64,000 bases of DNA from Acidimicrobiia bacterium (GTDB lineage Bacteria > Actinomycetota > Acidimicrobiia > Spongiisociales > ZC4RG35): NCBI GenBank assembly GCA_965215185.1, contig OZ244034.1, positions 512,001 to 576,000 on the forward strand, given 5' to 3'. Shown here in pieces: positions 27,818-38,369 of this stretch; position 1 is the stretch's first letter; the number at the start of each line of letters is the position of its first letter. The notes under the pieces were generated by a model. It was not told the DNA's origin. It saw only the letters and a program-made list of their open reading frames with translations, and ran no database searches. Made by a program: the position numbers and the translations under genes.

Positions 27818-28435
27818 CTACCCAAGAGAGGGAAGATGGAGGGGGCGGGCCGACTCGAACACGTCGATGTCTCCGGTGTGCCTGAGAGTGAGCCCGATGT
27901 CGTCAAACCCGTTGAGCATCCGCCACTTGGTGAATGGGTCAATATCAAAGCGGGTGAAGACTCCTGACGCAGCCACTGTCTGCGCCTCCAAGTCGATGGC
28001 GATTTGGGTGTCGGGGCGGTTTTCCGCCAGTGCGGTCAGCTTGTCAACCTCCGAGGACGAAAGCTGAATCGGTAGCAATCCTATTTTTGTGCAGTTGGTG
28101 TGGAAGATGTCGGCCAGTGAAGGAGCGATGATCGCTTCCAAACCCCAGTCCTGCAAACCCCATGGAGCGTGTTCACGAGAGGACCCACTTCCGAAATTGG
28201 GTCCGGCCACCAGCACCTTGGCATTCCGGTACTGAGGCTGGTTGAGAGGGAAGGCAGGATCGAGTTCACCACTGGAGGTGCGTTTCCAGTCCCAGAACAG
28301 GTACTTTCCGTAGCCGGTCCGCTCCACGCGCTTGAGAAACTGCTTGGGCATTATCTGATCGGTGTCAACATTGGCCCGGGGAAGGGGAAGCATGGCCCCG
28401 TTTATCACCGTAACGGCTCTCAACTTTTTCCCCAT
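27818..28435 (-). CDS. leuD: 3-isopropylmalate dehydratase small subunit
   Basis: [22 protein letters not shown]. Confidence 0.96.
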   Translation of the reverse strand: MGKKLRAVTVINGAMLPLPRANVDTDQIMPKQFLKRVERTGYGKYLFWDWKRTSSGELDPAFPLNQPQYRNAKVLVAGPNFGSGSSREHAPWGLQDWGLEAIIAPSLADIFHTNCTKIGLLPIQLSSSEVDKLTALAENRPDTQIAIDLEAQTVAASGVFTRFDIDPFTKWRMLNGFDDIGLTLRHTGDIDVFESARPLHLPSLG

Positions 28436-29832
28436 TCCCTGATGTCTACGAATCGGCCGGAGACGGCCGCGGCTGCGGCCATCTCCGGAGAGACCAGGTG
28501 GGTTCGTCCGCCTTGGCCTTGACGACCCTCGAAGTTGCGGTTAGAAGTGGATGCACAGCGTTCTCCAGGCAACAGTATGTCGGGATTCATGCCCAGGCAC
28601 ATCGAGCAGCCAGCGTCGCGCCACTCGAATCCGGCCTGTTGAAAGACGGCGTCAAGGCCCTCCGTCTCGGCCTGCAGCTTGACCAGTCCCGATCCGGGAA
28701 CCACCATAGCCGAAACCGAAGGATGGACTTTGCGGCCCCGGATAACGGCGGCGGCGGCGCGCAGGTCTTCGATCCGGGCGTTGGTGCATGACCCCAAAAA
28801 GACCCGGTCAACGGTTATCTCGGTGATCGGCGTACCGGGTTCCAGATCCATGTAGGCAAGGGCCCGCATGGTGGAGTCGCGTTCCAGCGGATCATCGAAT
28901 TCGTCGGGAAATGGGATGTGATCGGTTACCGCCGCGGTCTGTCCCGGGTTGGTGCCCCACGACACATAGGGATGCAGATCCCGGGTCTCGATTCGCATTT
29001 CGGTGTCGAAGGTGGCGCCGGGGTCGGTGGGTAGCGCCCGCCACTCCTCCAGGGCCTGTTCCCAAAGGGATCCGCGGGGAGCATAGGGGCGTCCCTCCAG
29101 ATAGGAGAACGTAGTTTCATCGGGGGCGATCATTCCCGCCCGGGCGCCCGCTTCGATGGACATGTTGCACACCGTCATCCGCCCCTCCATGGATAATCCT
29201 TCGATAGCCGATCCTCGGTATTCGATCACATGTCCCTGTCCCCCTGCCGTTCCGATCCGGGCAATGATCCCCAGGATGATGTCCTTGGCGGTGACCCCGG
29301 TGGGAAGATCCCCCTCGATGGTGATGGCCATCGAACGAGGCTTGGGTTGGGGGAGGGTTTGGGTGGCGAGGACGTGCTCAACTTCCGAAGTGCCGATTCC
29401 GAACGCCAGGGCGCCGAACGCACCGTGAGTGGAGGTGTGGGAGTCGCCGCAAACTATGGTCATTCCCGGGTGGGTGACGCCCTGTTCGGGGCCGATTACA
29501 TGGACGATGCCCTGCCGGGGATCATCCAGTCCGTATAGGGTGATACCGAACTCGCCACAGTTGGTGACCAAAGCGTCGATTTGCTTCTTCGACAGAGGGT
29601 CACGGATGCCTAGTCCCCGACCGGTGGTGGGCACCCCGTGATCAATGGTCGCCAGAGTCAGATCCGGCCTTCTCACCGAGCGTCCGGCCACCCGCAGACT
29701 GGCGAAGGCCTGGGGGGAAGTGACCTCATGCACCAGATGCAAATCAATGTAGAGCAGGGCTGGCTCGCCTTCGGCCTCCCGCACCAAGTGGCGGTTCCAT
29801 ACCTTTTCAAAGAGGTTCTGCGAGGTGGTCAT
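28420..29832 (-). CDS. leuC: 3-isopropylmalate dehydratase large subunit
   Basis: [29 protein letters not shown]. Confidence 0.97.
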   Translation of the reverse strand: MTTSQNLFEKVWNRHLVREAEGEPALLYIDLHLVHEVTSPQAFASLRVAGRSVRRPDLTLATIDHGVPTTGRGLGIRDPLSKKQIDALVTNCGEFGITLYGLDDPRQGIVHVIGPEQGVTHPGMTIVCGDSHTSTHGAFGALAFGIGTSEVEHVLATQTLPQPKPRSMAITIEGDLPTGVTAKDIILGIIARIGTAGGQGHVIEYRGSAIEGLSMEGRMTVCNMSIEAGARAGMIAPDETTFSYLEGRPYAPRGSLWEQALEEWRALPTDPGATFDTEMRIETRDLHPYVSWGTNPGQTAAVTDHIPFPDEFDDPLERDSTMRALAYMDLEPGTPITEITVDRVFLGSCTNARIEDLRAAAAVIRGRKVHPSVSAMVVPGSGLVKLQAETEGLDAVFQQAGFEWRDAGCSMCLGMNPDILLPGERCASTSNRNFEGRQGQGGRTHLVSPEMAAAAAVSGRFVDIREWGKS

Positions 29833-29970
29833 GTACTCCGGTGAAGAGGCGACAACCAAAGGATAGCGGAATAGGCGACATTCAAGGTGAACCGTCAAGT
29901 GGTGTTTGGAGAGGTAAGGTTGCTCCCATCGGTTAACCTTGGTGTCAAGCCACATTGAGGAGAGGAATTC

Positions 29971-31035
29971 TTGGCAACGAGCAAGATCGCCCATGTAGTG
30001 GGCACCGGCACGATTGGTGAGCCCCTAATCGGTCTGTTGGCCGACAATCGGGAGGCTTTCGGTCTTGACGAAGTGACTTTTCACAAACGAACTCCCGTGC
30101 TGTCCGAGCGCGGGAAGGTGGAGGAGTTGGTGCGCCGCGGCGCCATGCTGACGGTTGATGAAGGCCGTCGGCTCGAGTTTCACGCATTGGGGCACACTCC
30201 CAAATACGAGACGTGGGAAGCCTTGGAGCGGGCTTCAGTTGTTATCGACTGCACGCCCGCCGGCAATCAAAACAAAGTGGACTTCTATGAGAGGCTGTCG
30301 GGTCCGCGGGGCTTTCTGGCGCAGGGGTCGGAATTCGGGTTTGGGAAGATGTACGCCCGGGGTATCAACGACTCCGTTCTGGATGTCGACCGGGATCGCT
30401 ATCTGCACATCGTGTCCTGCAACACCCACAACATCTCCGCCATGATCCAGAGCCTGGCCATCGATCCGGATGGCTCCGATCACCTGGTTAACGGAGATTT
30501 TCTATGCATACGGAGGGCCAACGACATCAGCCAGGACCGCGGATTCGTTGCCAGTCCCACTGTCGATGCCCACAAGGACCCAAGATTCGGGACGCATCAC
30601 GCCCGAGACGCCCACCATCTCTTTGCCACGCTGGGTCTTGATCTGCCAGTCCACTCTTCGGCAATCAAGCTCAACACCCAGTACATGCACACCCTGCATT
30701 TCTCCCTGACCCTTGATCGAGAGATCACCAAAGAGGAAGTGGTGGATCGTTTTCATGCCAACACCCGGGTAGCGGTCACGTATCGGCGCTCCGCAAACCA
30801 AGTCTTTTCCTTCGGGAGGGACCACGGCTACTACGGAAGGATTCTCTCGCACTCGGTTGTGTCGGTCCCCTCCCTGACGGTGCGCAACGGCGTCCAGGTG
30901 GTGGGCTTCGCATTCACTCCTCAAGACGGGAACCCGCTCCTTTCCACTGTGGCTGCCATGCTTTGGTATTTGTATCCCCAGGAGATCGACAAACGTATTG
31001 ATGTCTTGCGGCCCTATCTTTTTCGAGAAGTGTGA
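29971..31035 (+). CDS. Archaeal-type (class II) GAPDH homolog
   Basis: [38 protein letters not shown]. Confidence 0.7.
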   Translation: MATSKIAHVVGTGTIGEPLIGLLADNREAFGLDEVTFHKRTPVLSERGKVEELVRRGAMLTVDEGRRLEFHALGHTPKYETWEALERASVVIDCTPAGNQNKVDFYERLSGPRGFLAQGSEFGFGKMYARGINDSVLDVDRDRYLHIVSCNTHNISAMIQSLAIDPDGSDHLVNGDFLCIRRANDISQDRGFVASPTVDAHKDPRFGTHHARDAHHLFATLGLDLPVHSSAIKLNTQYMHTLHFSLTLDREITKEEVVDRFHANTRVAVTYRRSANQVFSFGRDHGYYGRILSHSVVSVPSLTVRNGVQVVGFAFTPQDGNPLLSTVAAMLWYLYPQEIDKRIDVLRPYLFREV

Positions 31036-31313
31036 TGCAAAAATCAGGACGGTTGCAACGCCAGGCGCTCACCGCCGCCGAGCGGGCCATTGAGGCATTG
31101 GGGAGAGGCGATCCGGTGTCGGCTCGGATGGCGTTCTCCACCGCCTTGGACAAAGATCAGACTGGGATGTACTGGGGAGTGGCCGATGCCTTCGACTTAG
31201 TGGTCGGCATGTTGGAACGGAACGAAGGCATCGCCGAGCAGGCTTGGAGCCAACTCGCCGATGCAGTGGGGCCCGGGCCACTGCAGGCATTGGTGGAAGC
31301 TGTCCGAAATTAA
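31032..31313 (+). CDS. Small helical hypothetical protein
   Basis: Translationally coupled to the upstream gene (GTGA overlap). Confidence 0.6.
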   Translation: MMQKSGRLQRQALTAAERAIEALGRGDPVSARMAFSTALDKDQTGMYWGVADAFDLVVGMLERNEGIAEQAWSQLADAVGPGPLQALVEAVRN

Positions 31314-31339
31314 GGGGACTCTTTTGGGCAAGGTGCTCC

Positions 31340-32257
31340 ATGTCTGACTATCACATGCACCTTTATCCCCATCGTCAACATCCTTCCGATCCAATCCCCG
31401 AAGGTTTCCCGCCGGCGCTGATTGAGCGTTACTGCGAGATGGCCGAGGCCCGCGGCGTGCCCGATTTGGGGTTCACCGAGCATCTATATCGATTCAAGGA
31501 GTCTGAGCCGGTCCTGGGACGGTACTGGGAGGAGGACCGCCAAAAAGGACCCGCCTACGCGGCTCTGGCCGATTTCACCGCTCGGATGGTTGAACTCGAC
31601 CGGGTCTTTCAGATTGAGCAGTATGTGGAAGAGGTGTTGAAGGCCAAGGACAGGGGGCTGCCGGTGCTACTGGGACTGGAGATCGATTTCATACCGGGAA
31701 CCGAGGAGGCGGTGGCGGAGTTGCTGTCACCTTATCCCTGGGACTTCCTGCTGGGGGCGGTGCACTGGGTGGGAAGTTGGGCGATCGACACTTCCGAGTG
31801 CGCGGAAGAGTTCGAGCGGAGAGGGGTTCAAGAAAGCTGGGAGCAGTACTTCGGATTGGTGGTGGAGATGATCCAATCAGGCATGGCGGATGTGCTCGCC
31901 CATGTCGATGTTTGCAAGAAATACGGGTATCGGCCTCCCCAGGAGCCGCTTGGCCTATATAAACAGGTTGTGGAGGCCGCGGCTGCCCAAGGGGTGGCGG
32001 TGGAGGTGTCCAGCCAGGGTCTGCGCAACCCGGCCGGCGAGGTTTATCCTTCGCCAGCCTTTTTGAAGATGTTTGGGGAGGCCGGAATATCGATCACTCT
32101 GGCCAGTGACGGGCACACAGCTGCGGAGGTGGCATGGGGAAGAAGGCAAGTGGTGGAGGCCGCTCGCCACGCTGGATACCGCACTCATCTGCGTTTTGAT
32201 GGGCAGCCCCGTGAGGCGCCGCTTCCCGAGTCATTCCCGGGGGAGGACGGCGGATGA
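31340..32257 (+). CDS. PHP-domain histidinol-phosphatase (HisJ family)
   Basis: DYHMH, GFTEH, GLEIDF, GAVH, AHVD, SDGH. Confidence 0.85.
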   Translation: MSDYHMHLYPHRQHPSDPIPEGFPPALIERYCEMAEARGVPDLGFTEHLYRFKESEPVLGRYWEEDRQKGPAYAALADFTARMVELDRVFQIEQYVEEVLKAKDRGLPVLLGLEIDFIPGTEEAVAELLSPYPWDFLLGAVHWVGSWAIDTSECAEEFERRGVQESWEQYFGLVVEMIQSGMADVLAHVDVCKKYGYRPPQEPLGLYKQVVEAAAAQGVAVEVSSQGLRNPAGEVYPSPAFLKMFGEAGISITLASDGHTAAEVAWGRRQVVEAARHAGYRTHLRFDGQPREAPLPESFPGEDGG

Positions 32258-33498
32258 TCGTAGAGGTGATCACGGTGGGGACCGAATTGCTGTTGGGGCA
32301 GATCGTCAACGGAAACGCCGCCACCATCGGCCAGATCTTGGCCACGCAGGGATACGATGCCCACTTCCAGGTTACGGTGGGGGATAACCCGAAGCGGATG
32401 GAATCGGCGATCACGGCAGCCTTGGGAAGGGCGGACGCCGTGATCATCACCGGAGGTATCGGACCAACCCCCGATGATCTGACCAGGGAGGCGATTTGTG
32501 TGGTGGCCGGGCGGACCATGCTCTTCAGCGACGAATGGGCGAAGACTCTTCGGACGCGGTTTGCCGGGAGAGGATGGGTGATGCCGGTCAGCAATCTTCG
32601 TCAGGCCGAATATCCCGAAGGCGCAGAACTGATCGAAAACCCGAAGGGCACCGCTCCGGGTTTGGCTCTTGCTCACCAGGGCAAGTGGATATTTGCTTTG
32701 CCCGGGGTGCCCATGGAGATGGTGGAGATGCTCACCAATGATGTGATCCCCCGCCTCAGAAAGGCGTCAGGCGTCTCGCAGACGCTGGTGAGCAGGGTTA
32801 TCAGGACCTGGGGGCGGTCGGAATCGCGGACCGCAGAGTTGCTGGAGCACATTTACCAGCGTTCAGAGAATCCGAGCCTGGCCTATCTGGCCTCCTCCGG
32901 CGAGATCAAGGTGCGAATCACCGCCAAGGCGCCGGACCGTGCGACTGCGGAACGGATGATCGCTCCCATCTCTGAGCAGGTTTGCCAGCGTTTGGGATGG
33001 GCGGTGTTCGGTTTTGATGATCAGACCATCGAACGCAGGCTCCTGGAATTGCTGGAAGAGCGAGATTGGACGATCGGGACGGCTGAGTCCATGACTGCGG
33101 GGATGGTGGCGGCGCGAATTGCTTCCATGCCCGGTGCCTCCCGGGTGTTCCGGGGGTCGGTGGTGAGCTACGCGGCCGACCTCAAAGAAGAGATGCTCGG
33201 TGTGAAGGCTGAGACTCTGGAGAGCGGGGTGGTGTCGGCTCCTATCGCCCAGGAGATGGCGGAAGGCGCTCGGCGCGTCCTGGGGGTGGACGTGGGGGTG
33301 GGGATAACCGGCTCGGCCGGCCCGTCTCCCACCGAAGAGCCCGTTGGAGTGGTTTATGTTGGTGTGGCTACCCCCGAGGGGTCGGCCACCCGGCGGCTGC
33401 AGATGCCCGGCGACCGGGAACGGGTGCGTACCTACACAACCACCGCCGCGCTCCATCTGGCCCGGCTAGCCATCGGTGGAAGATGGTGGAATCAGTAG
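32254..33498 (+). CDS. cinA: Competence/damage-inducible protein CinA
   Basis: VGTELLLGQIVN, GGIGPTPDDLTRE, AESMTAG. Confidence 0.95.
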   Translation: MIVEVITVGTELLLGQIVNGNAATIGQILATQGYDAHFQVTVGDNPKRMESAITAALGRADAVIITGGIGPTPDDLTREAICVVAGRTMLFSDEWAKTLRTRFAGRGWVMPVSNLRQAEYPEGAELIENPKGTAPGLALAHQGKWIFALPGVPMEMVEMLTNDVIPRLRKASGVSQTLVSRVIRTWGRSESRTAELLEHIYQRSENPSLAYLASSGEIKVRITAKAPDRATAERMIAPISEQVCQRLGWAVFGFDDQTIERRLLELLEERDWTIGTAESMTAGMVAARIASMPGASRVFRGSVVSYAADLKEEMLGVKAETLESGVVSAPIAQEMAEGARRVLGVDVGVGITGSAGPSPTEEPVGVVYVGVATPEGSATRRLQMPGDRERVRTYTTTAALHLARLAIGGRWWNQ

Positions 33499-34043
33499 GC
33501 CGGATTTTTTTGGCGGTGGATCTCACACCGGATGCTCGCCAGGCGTTGAGCCACCGGGCTATGAACATGGCCGGGGACCGAGAGCTTCCCGGGCGGCTTG
33601 CCCTACCCCGAAATTGGCACATCACGCTTTGGTTTCTGGGCAATGTCTCTCAAGATAGGTTTGAGGTGATGCTGCATTTTCTGGCCGAGACGCCTCTAGG
33701 GCAGGCCTTCCGGTGCCGGTTCGGAAGGCTGGGGGCCTTTCCCCGGGCCGCCCGAGCTTCGGTGCTGTGGGTGGGTGTGTCCAAAGGAGCGAGGGAACTC
33801 GCTTCCTTGGCCGCCGGAGTGGGAGAAGTGGTGGAAGGGTCGGGGATACCAGTGTCGGAGCGTCCCTTTTCACCCCACCTCACCTTATCCCGGCTCCGCC
33901 CACCCCAAGATCTGCGGCCGCTGTTGGCCGCGGCTCCTGCGGCAGAGGTGGAGATGATGGTGAGGGAGGTTACGGTCTTTCGAAGCCATCTGGGAGGCGG
34001 GCCTCCCCGCTATGAGGTGATGGAACGGATCCCCCTCGGTTGA
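33483..34043 (+). CDS. thpR: RNA 2',3'-cyclic phosphodiesterase (2H family)
   Basis: Two HxT motifs: WHITLWFLG and PHLTLSR. Confidence 0.92.
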   Translation: MVESVGRIFLAVDLTPDARQALSHRAMNMAGDRELPGRLALPRNWHITLWFLGNVSQDRFEVMLHFLAETPLGQAFRCRFGRLGAFPRAARASVLWVGVSKGARELASLAAGVGEVVEGSGIPVSERPFSPHLTLSRLRPPQDLRPLLAAAPAAEVEMMVREVTVFRSHLGGGPPRYEVMERIPLG

Positions 34044-34085
34044 GGGGTGAGCGCCAGGTCGGCCAATAGGCGAAGATTTTTGGTA

Positions 34086-34101
34086 TCGAACGTGTGTTCG
34101 A
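34086..34101. promoter_or_regulatory. LexA SOS box upstream of recA
   Basis: TCGAAC-GTGT-GTTCGA, a perfect actinobacterial consensus. Confidence 0.9.
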
Positions 34102-34174
34102 TTATGATGTTGGTAAAACATTCGGCCACGATCACTTGACAAATGCTTCGCAGTCGAAGCACAATTATGTAGTT

Positions 34175-34197
34175 TTGTCACAGCGGTCCTGTAGCTT
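34175..34197 (+). promoter_or_regulatory. RecA-NDp/PafBC-type promoter motif
   Basis: TTGTCAcag-cggtcctg-TAgctT, compared with the mycobacterial tTGTCRgtg-N8-TAnnnT. Confidence 0.6.
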
Positions 34198-34230
34198 GTC
34201 TATGACCGTCCAAATAGAAAGGAACAACCG

Positions 34231-35283
34231 ATGGACAGGGATAAAGCCTTGGAGATGGTGTTAGGTCAGATCACCAAACAATATGGGAAAGGGGCGGTGA
34301 TGAGAATGGGCGCCGCTGCCCAAATAAGGAAAGAGGTAATCTCCACCGGTGCCTTGTCCTTGGATGTGGCTTTGGGAATCGGGGGTATGCCGCGGGGTAG
34401 GGTGGTAGAGATATATGGCCCGGAGAGTTCGGGAAAGACCACACTGGCGTTGCATGTAGTGGCCGAAGCCCAGCGCAACGGAGGAATAGCGGCTTTCATA
34501 GATGCCGAGCATTGCATGGATCCCGCTTACGCCAGTGTGTTGGGAGTGGATGTGGACGAACTGCTGATCTCTCAGCCGGACACCGGTGAACAGGCTCTGG
34601 AGATCGCCGATATGCTGATCCGCTCCGGTGCTTTGGATGTGTTGGTGATCGACTCGGTGGCGGCGTTGGTGCCCCGGGCGGAGATCGAAGGTGAGATGGG
34701 GGATACGCATATGGGTCTTCAGGCCCGATTGATGTCGCAGGCGTTGCGGAAGCTGGCCGGCTCATTGAATCGTTCCCGGACCACCGCCATCTTCATCAAT
34801 CAGTTGCGAGAAAAGATCGGAGTGATGTTCGGATCCCCGGAGACTACGCCTGGGGGTCGCGCTCTCAAGTTTTTTGCTTCGGTTCGGGTTGATGTGCGTC
34901 GCATCGGTTCAATCAAACACCGGGGCGAAGAGGTGGGAAACAGAATCAGGGCGAAGGTCGTGAAGAACAAGATGGCGCCCCCTTTCCGTAAAGCCGAGTT
35001 CGACATCATGTTCGGCAAGGGTATTTCTCGCGAGGGAAGTATTCTGGATGTCGCCCTGGACATGGGACTGGTGCAAAAGGCCGGTTCTTGGTTCTCTCTG
35101 GGCGATGATCAGCTTGGGCAGGGTAGGGAAAACGTCAAGCAGTTTCTTACTGAAAACCCCGAGATCGCCATGCAACTGCAGGCCAAGGTCTACGAAAAGG
35201 TTGGTTTCAATCTTCCCGGCCTGGATTCGGACCGAGAGGTGCGGGCAGTGTTGAACGTGATGGACAGTTCCGCGGCTCATTAA
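34231..35283 (+). CDS. recA: Recombinase RecA
   Basis: [19 protein letters not shown]; no intein. Confidence 0.99.
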   Translation: MDRDKALEMVLGQITKQYGKGAVMRMGAAAQIRKEVISTGALSLDVALGIGGMPRGRVVEIYGPESSGKTTLALHVVAEAQRNGGIAAFIDAEHCMDPAYASVLGVDVDELLISQPDTGEQALEIADMLIRSGALDVLVIDSVAALVPRAEIEGEMGDTHMGLQARLMSQALRKLAGSLNRSRTTAIFINQLREKIGVMFGSPETTPGGRALKFFASVRVDVRRIGSIKHRGEEVGNRIRAKVVKNKMAPPFRKAEFDIMFGKGISREGSILDVALDMGLVQKAGSWFSLGDDQLGQGRENVKQFLTENPEIAMQLQAKVYEKVGFNLPGLDSDREVRAVLNVMDSSAAH

Positions 35284-35366
35284 TCCGATTGGCAGGATCA
35301 GTGGATAATCTTCCGTCGCCGGCGGGATGACCATCTACAATGGGTATTGGATCTTGCTAACGATGT

Positions 35367-35423
35367 AAACCGAGATACAGGACCTTCCGCTTAGCGGGAG
35401 GTCCTGTCCAATAGCTCGAGTTT
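35367..35423 (+). promoter_or_regulatory. Long hairpin between recA and rny (terminator or structured rny leader)
   Basis: ACAGGACCTTCCGC-tta-GCGGGAGGTCCTGT at 35377-35407, with flanking CGAG/CTCG pairing. Confidence 0.5.
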
Positions 35424-35437
35424 GGGAACATTCCAAC

Positions 35438-36976
35438 ATGGAAATAAGTCAATTTGCTTTGATCGTGGCCTTGGTGGTCATGGTGGTGGTGGTAATTGTG
35501 GGTTTGATCATCACCCTGATCCGAGGACGGGTAGGTGGTTCCTCCCCTGTGGAAGACAAGGTAGCCGAAGCCCGTTTGGAGGCGCAGCGGATTCTGGCCA
35601 GGGCTGAAGAGGAGGCGCGAGCGCGCGCCGAGGAGAGAAGGGTTGTTGAGGAGGAGACCTTGGCCCGCCAGAGGGAAATGGTGGAGGCCCGCGGTAGGCG
35701 GACCTTGCAAAGGGAGGAGAGGCTCGACGAGCAGGCCGGCAACCTGGAGAAACGGGAACGGCTCCTCATAGAACGGGAAGTGGAGGCCAAGAGACTGAGG
35801 CTGGAAGCCCAAGATGTGGAAGACAAGGCATGGGCCGATTTGACCCGGTTGGCCGGTCTCGAACGGGGTGAAGCCCGCAAGCAAATCATGGAAAAGGTCG
35901 AGCACGAAGCCCGCCGGGACGCCATGATGTTGATCCGCGACATCGAGATCCGCTCCCGAGAGGAAGCCGAGTGGCGGTCACGGCGAATACTGGCGGGTGT
36001 TGTGCAGCGTATGTCCCATCAGGTTGTGAAGGATGCCACTTCTACAGTGATCGTATTACCGAGCGAGCACATGAAAGGCCGGATAATCGGCCGGGAGGGT
36101 CGTAATATCCGGGCGTTCGAAGCCGCTTCCGGGGTCAGTTTGATCATCGATGACAAGTTGCCCGAGGCTGTAGTTCTTAACAGTTACGATCCGATTCGAC
36201 GGGAAGTGGCCCGTTTGGCGTTGGAGAAGTTGATACTTGATGGTCGTCTCAATCCCACTGCTATTGAAGAGGCGGTGGCGAAGGCCGAGTCGGAGGTTTC
36301 CCATTCCATCCAGGATGCCGGTGAGGGGGCGCTTTTGGAAGTCAACCTAAGCAAGATGCGCCCGGAATTGATTGAGCTTTTGGGGCAGCTTCGATACCGC
36401 ACTTCCTACGGTCAGAATGTCTTGGATCATTTAGTGGAGTCGGCTCATGCCGCAAGTCTTTTGGCCAGCGAGTTGGGAGTAGACCCCGTGCCGGTGAAAC
36501 GGGCGGCGTTGTTGCATGACATCGGTAAGGCGGTCAGCCACAAACTGGAAGGTTCCCATGCACACGTCGGCGCCGAGATTGCTCGCCGCCTGGGAGAAGA
36601 CCCCGAGGTGGTGCATGGCATCGAGGCGCATCATAACGAGGTGGCGCCCCGTACCGTCCTGGCGGTGCTGGTACAAGCCGCAGATGCGCTGTCGGCTGCC
36701 CGGCCTGGGGCTCGTCGTGAATCATTTGAGCAGTACACCCAGAAGCTGGAGAATCTGGAAAAGATTGCCGCTTCCTACGACGGCGTTGATAAGGCCTATG
36801 CATTTCAGGCGGGGAGGGAGGTGAGGGTGCTGGTCAACCCGCGGCACGTTGACGATCTAACCGCCGGAGCCCTGGCTCGACAGATCGCCCGCAGGGTGGA
36901 AAAGGAGATGCAGTATCCAGGCAAGATCGAAGTGACAGTTATCAGGGAAAGTCGCTATACGGATTTCGCCCGATGA
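35438..36976 (+). CDS. rny: Ribonuclease Y
   Basis: TM helix, coiled coil, KH domain (MKGRIIGREGRNIR), HD domain (LLHDIGKA). Confidence 0.97.
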   Translation: MEISQFALIVALVVMVVVVIVGLIITLIRGRVGGSSPVEDKVAEARLEAQRILARAEEEARARAEERRVVEEETLARQREMVEARGRRTLQREERLDEQAGNLEKRERLLIEREVEAKRLRLEAQDVEDKAWADLTRLAGLERGEARKQIMEKVEHEARRDAMMLIRDIEIRSREEAEWRSRRILAGVVQRMSHQVVKDATSTVIVLPSEHMKGRIIGREGRNIRAFEAASGVSLIIDDKLPEAVVLNSYDPIRREVARLALEKLILDGRLNPTAIEEAVAKAESEVSHSIQDAGEGALLEVNLSKMRPELIELLGQLRYRTSYGQNVLDHLVESAHAASLLASELGVDPVPVKRAALLHDIGKAVSHKLEGSHAHVGAEIARRLGEDPEVVHGIEAHHNEVAPRTVLAVLVQAADALSAARPGARRESFEQYTQKLENLEKIAASYDGVDKAYAFQAGREVRVLVNPRHVDDLTAGALARQIARRVEKEMQYPGKIEVTVIRESRYTDFAR

Positions 36977-38361
36977 GCACCGTATTGCTTTCCCGCCCGG
37001 TCCGTAAGGTCCGGGAGTCTGGTCGGACGCCGAAGAGAGAAGGGCAGACGTACTATTTGCGCACTTTCGGGTGCCAGATGAATGAGCATGATTCCGAGCG
37101 AATCGCTGGCTTGTTCGAGTTGGATGGTATGGCCCCCGCTGCCTCCCTGACTGAAGCTGATGTTGTTTTCCTCAACACCTGCACCATTCGCGAGAATGCC
37201 GATAACCGCCTGTACGGGAATCTGGGACAGTTGAAGCCTTTGAAGGATGAACGGCCGGACATGATGCTGGTGGTAGGAGGATGCGCCGCTCAGAAAGACC
37301 GTCAGTTGGTGAGAGAAAGAGCGCCCTGGGTGGATGTGGTGATGGGTACCCACAATCTGGGACGGGTGCTGGATCTTCTTGACTATGCCCAGGAATGGGG
37401 AGGCGTCACCGAGATATATGAATCGTTGCATGACATGCCGTCGCTACTGCCCACTCGGCGGGAGGCCGAACACACGGCATGGGTTACGGTGCAATTGGGA
37501 TGCAACAACACTTGCACATTCTGCATTGTGCCTGCCGTCCGGGGCCCTGAAGTGAGTCGTCGACCGGGCGAAATCGTGAGAGAAGTTGAGCAGTTGGTAT
37601 CCGAGGGAGTGGTGGAAATTACCCTGCTGGGCCAAAACATCGACACTTACGGGCGTGACTTGGCGTTGGGTGGACGCCGCCGGCCTATCTTCGCAGAGTT
37701 GCTGCGGCGCGTGGGGGACGTGGAGGGGGTTCGACGCATCCGTTTCACCAGCCCGCATCCCGCTGATTTCCGGGAGAACGTGGCAATGGCCATGGCTGAG
37801 ACCGAGGCGGTATGTGAGCAGTTGCATCTTCCTCTGCAAAGCGGCAGCGACCGTATCCTGGCCAAAATGCACCGGGGCTACAACGCTGAACGATTCCTGG
37901 GCCGTTTGGCAATGGCTAGAAGGATTGTTGCCGACCTGACGGTTTCAACCGATATCATCGTCGGCTTTCCGGGGGAGACCGACGCCGATTTCGAAAGGAC
38001 GTTGGAGGTGGTGGCAGAAGCCCGGTTTGATCAGGCTTTCATGTTCATTTTCTCCGCCCGGCCGGGAACGGCCGCGGCCGCGATGACAGACCAATTTGTT
38101 GATCCCGGCCTGGTAAAGCAGCGATTTCAGCGTCTGGTGGAACTTCAGAACCGCATCTCGGAGGAGATAAACGCCGAGATGGTCGGCAGCAAGGTGGAGG
38201 TGTTGGTGGAGGGACCTTCCCGCAAGGATCCTCAAGTAGTCAAGTCCCGCACTCGGGGAGGAAAGATCGTTCATATACCCGGGGAGTATCCCGTCGGATC
38301 TTTCCTAGAGGCCGAGATCACTTTAGCCAGGAGACATCACATGATGGGGAGGCTGTACTGA
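36973..38361 (+). CDS. miaB: tRNA methylthiotransferase MiaB
   Basis: TFGCQMNEHDSE, GCNNTCTFCIVP, TRAM domain. Confidence 0.97.
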   Translation: MSTVLLSRPVRKVRESGRTPKREGQTYYLRTFGCQMNEHDSERIAGLFELDGMAPAASLTEADVVFLNTCTIRENADNRLYGNLGQLKPLKDERPDMMLVVGGCAAQKDRQLVRERAPWVDVVMGTHNLGRVLDLLDYAQEWGGVTEIYESLHDMPSLLPTRREAEHTAWVTVQLGCNNTCTFCIVPAVRGPEVSRRPGEIVREVEQLVSEGVVEITLLGQNIDTYGRDLALGGRRRPIFAELLRRVGDVEGVRRIRFTSPHPADFRENVAMAMAETEAVCEQLHLPLQSGSDRILAKMHRGYNAERFLGRLAMARRIVADLTVSTDIIVGFPGETDADFERTLEVVAEARFDQAFMFIFSARPGTAAAAMTDQFVDPGLVKQRFQRLVELQNRISEEINAEMVGSKVEVLVEGPSRKDPQVVKSRTRGGKIVHIPGEYPVGSFLEAEITLARRHHMMGRLY

Positions 38362-38369
38362 GCCCACTG

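Noticed and set aside
34231-35283. Intein in RecA
   Set aside because: Normal length (350 aa) with continuous motifs.
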